Shown here in pieces: positions 62,586-64,000 of a stretch of DNA of 64,000 nt. Position 1 is the stretch's first letter. The number at the start of each line of letters is the position of its first letter. Location: assembly GCF_001194135.2 (NCBI RefSeq), contig NC_068984.1, positions 69,334,894 through 69,398,893 of the forward strand, in the 5' to 3' direction. Origin of the DNA: Octopus bimaculoides (lineage: Eukaryota). Under the pieces are notes generated by a model. That model did no database searches. It saw nothing but the letters and a program-made list of their open reading frames with translations, and was not told the DNA's origin. A program made the translations under genes and the position numbers.

Positions 62586-62788
62586 TTTCTTCCTCTCTTC
62601 ACATGAAAATGAGAACAAGAGACAGTAAGAAAATGATCATCGATGGAAAGATACTGGTTAATACATATATCTATCCACAAAAATGTTAATAAAATAACTA
62701 ATAACTCCATAAACCAACATGTTTAAATAGATCAGCAGACAGATATGAACAAATGAAAAGAGAATCAAAACAAAGTGAAATTATACAT

Positions 62789-62856
<68 letters not shown>

Positions 62857-63359
62857 ATATGTATGTATATGTATGTATAAGGGGATGGTGAACATATATA
62901 TATATTCATATTAATATGTAGTCACATTCGTTTTAATTGTGACTGATTTTCTTTTAAATAATTTCCTTGTTAACAAATCCAATATATTTTCTCTATGTAT
63001 TACATTTCTGTCAGGTGACATTAAGAATTAAATACATCTGTTTGTTCTGCTCTGCACAAAGAAATATTGCAATTGTCTGAATAATCAATTCAGCTTTTTG
63101 TTTCTTTATGTAAACTTTGAATGAATTAAAAACAAGATTGCAGTAAATATTTTTAACGTAAGCTATTTTAAATATGCAATAAATCCTATTGCTAGGTCAA
63201 TGGATATTTAGTAAATTAATTATATATATCTAAATCTATCTATCTATATCTATATATACATATATGCAGACATATAGGAATGCATACATATATACATACA
63301 CACACGAAGCGACATATATATACATATAAGCATATGTACAAATACACACACACACACAC

Positions 63360-63416
<57 letters not shown>

Positions 63417-64000
63417 GAGAGAGAGAGAGGGAGCATGATAGATAGATATTGCATTATAAACATCAAAGAATAAATTCGTCAGAATTAGTAAGAAAAATTA
63501 TGGAATGTTTTCCATACAAATGACAGTTAGCGATTATTTAGGAACAGATTTTTGTTTTTTTTTATTTTAATTAGGAAAAATTTGATACCATGAAAAGTAT
63601 GAATTAAGAGTTAATTGCACAGTAACGAATATGAAGCGGTTTTTGTTCTAAGGAACTATGCATTAAAACATATGTTACATTTTTTTTGCAAAAAATAAAG
63701 TTTCATTAGTTGATTGATAGAAAATGTAAATATAAATCTGAGCTGTAATTAGTAAATGGGTGGAGAAAATATCTGATTTGCAAATTAATTATTATTTTGA
63801 TTTATATAACTTTCTAGGTGAATTTCAAACGACGAAGGGTTTTTTTTTTGTATGAAATTCAATAATACTTTTTTTAGTACTATATTCTTCAAATCAATAA
63901 AACTTTGTACAATTTAAAAAATATATTTTGATCCTTAGTTACAGTATAGTACCTAGACATTAATTGTCCTGTAAATGTTATTTAGAAATTATATAACTTT

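Overview
Eukaryotic, AT-rich, microsatellite-dense genomic DNA with seven N gaps. The repeat families look like those of an octopus/coleoid genome (inferred from recalled SINE and RTE consensus shapes, not a search). No host protein-coding gene could be identified; most ORF-track entries are microsatellite or gap artefacts, and only a few isolated exon candidates and one promoter-like patch are visible. The window is dominated by mobile-element debris. A nested TE island at about 18.7-28.4 kb holds a piggyBac deletion derivative with both TIRs and TTAA sites, and a decayed Helitron RepHel with an intact 3' hairpin/CTAG. The Helitron is interrupted by a 573-bp fold-back MITE with perfect 37-bp TIRs, an 8-bp TSD and an inverted telomere-repeat core. 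The island also holds a 1.5-kb non-autonomous LTR element with a tRNA-Trp PBS, PPT, GATC TSD and TG...TA termini. Elsewhere are Tc1 and mariner remnants, a MULE derivative with a 9-bp TSD, Penelope remnants carrying hammerhead-ribozyme-like motifs, R4/Dong-like, RTE and Jockey-like LINE remnants, several modular tRNA-derived SINE families, and an approximately 85-bp-arm fold-back palindrome. All alignments and counts were done by eye.
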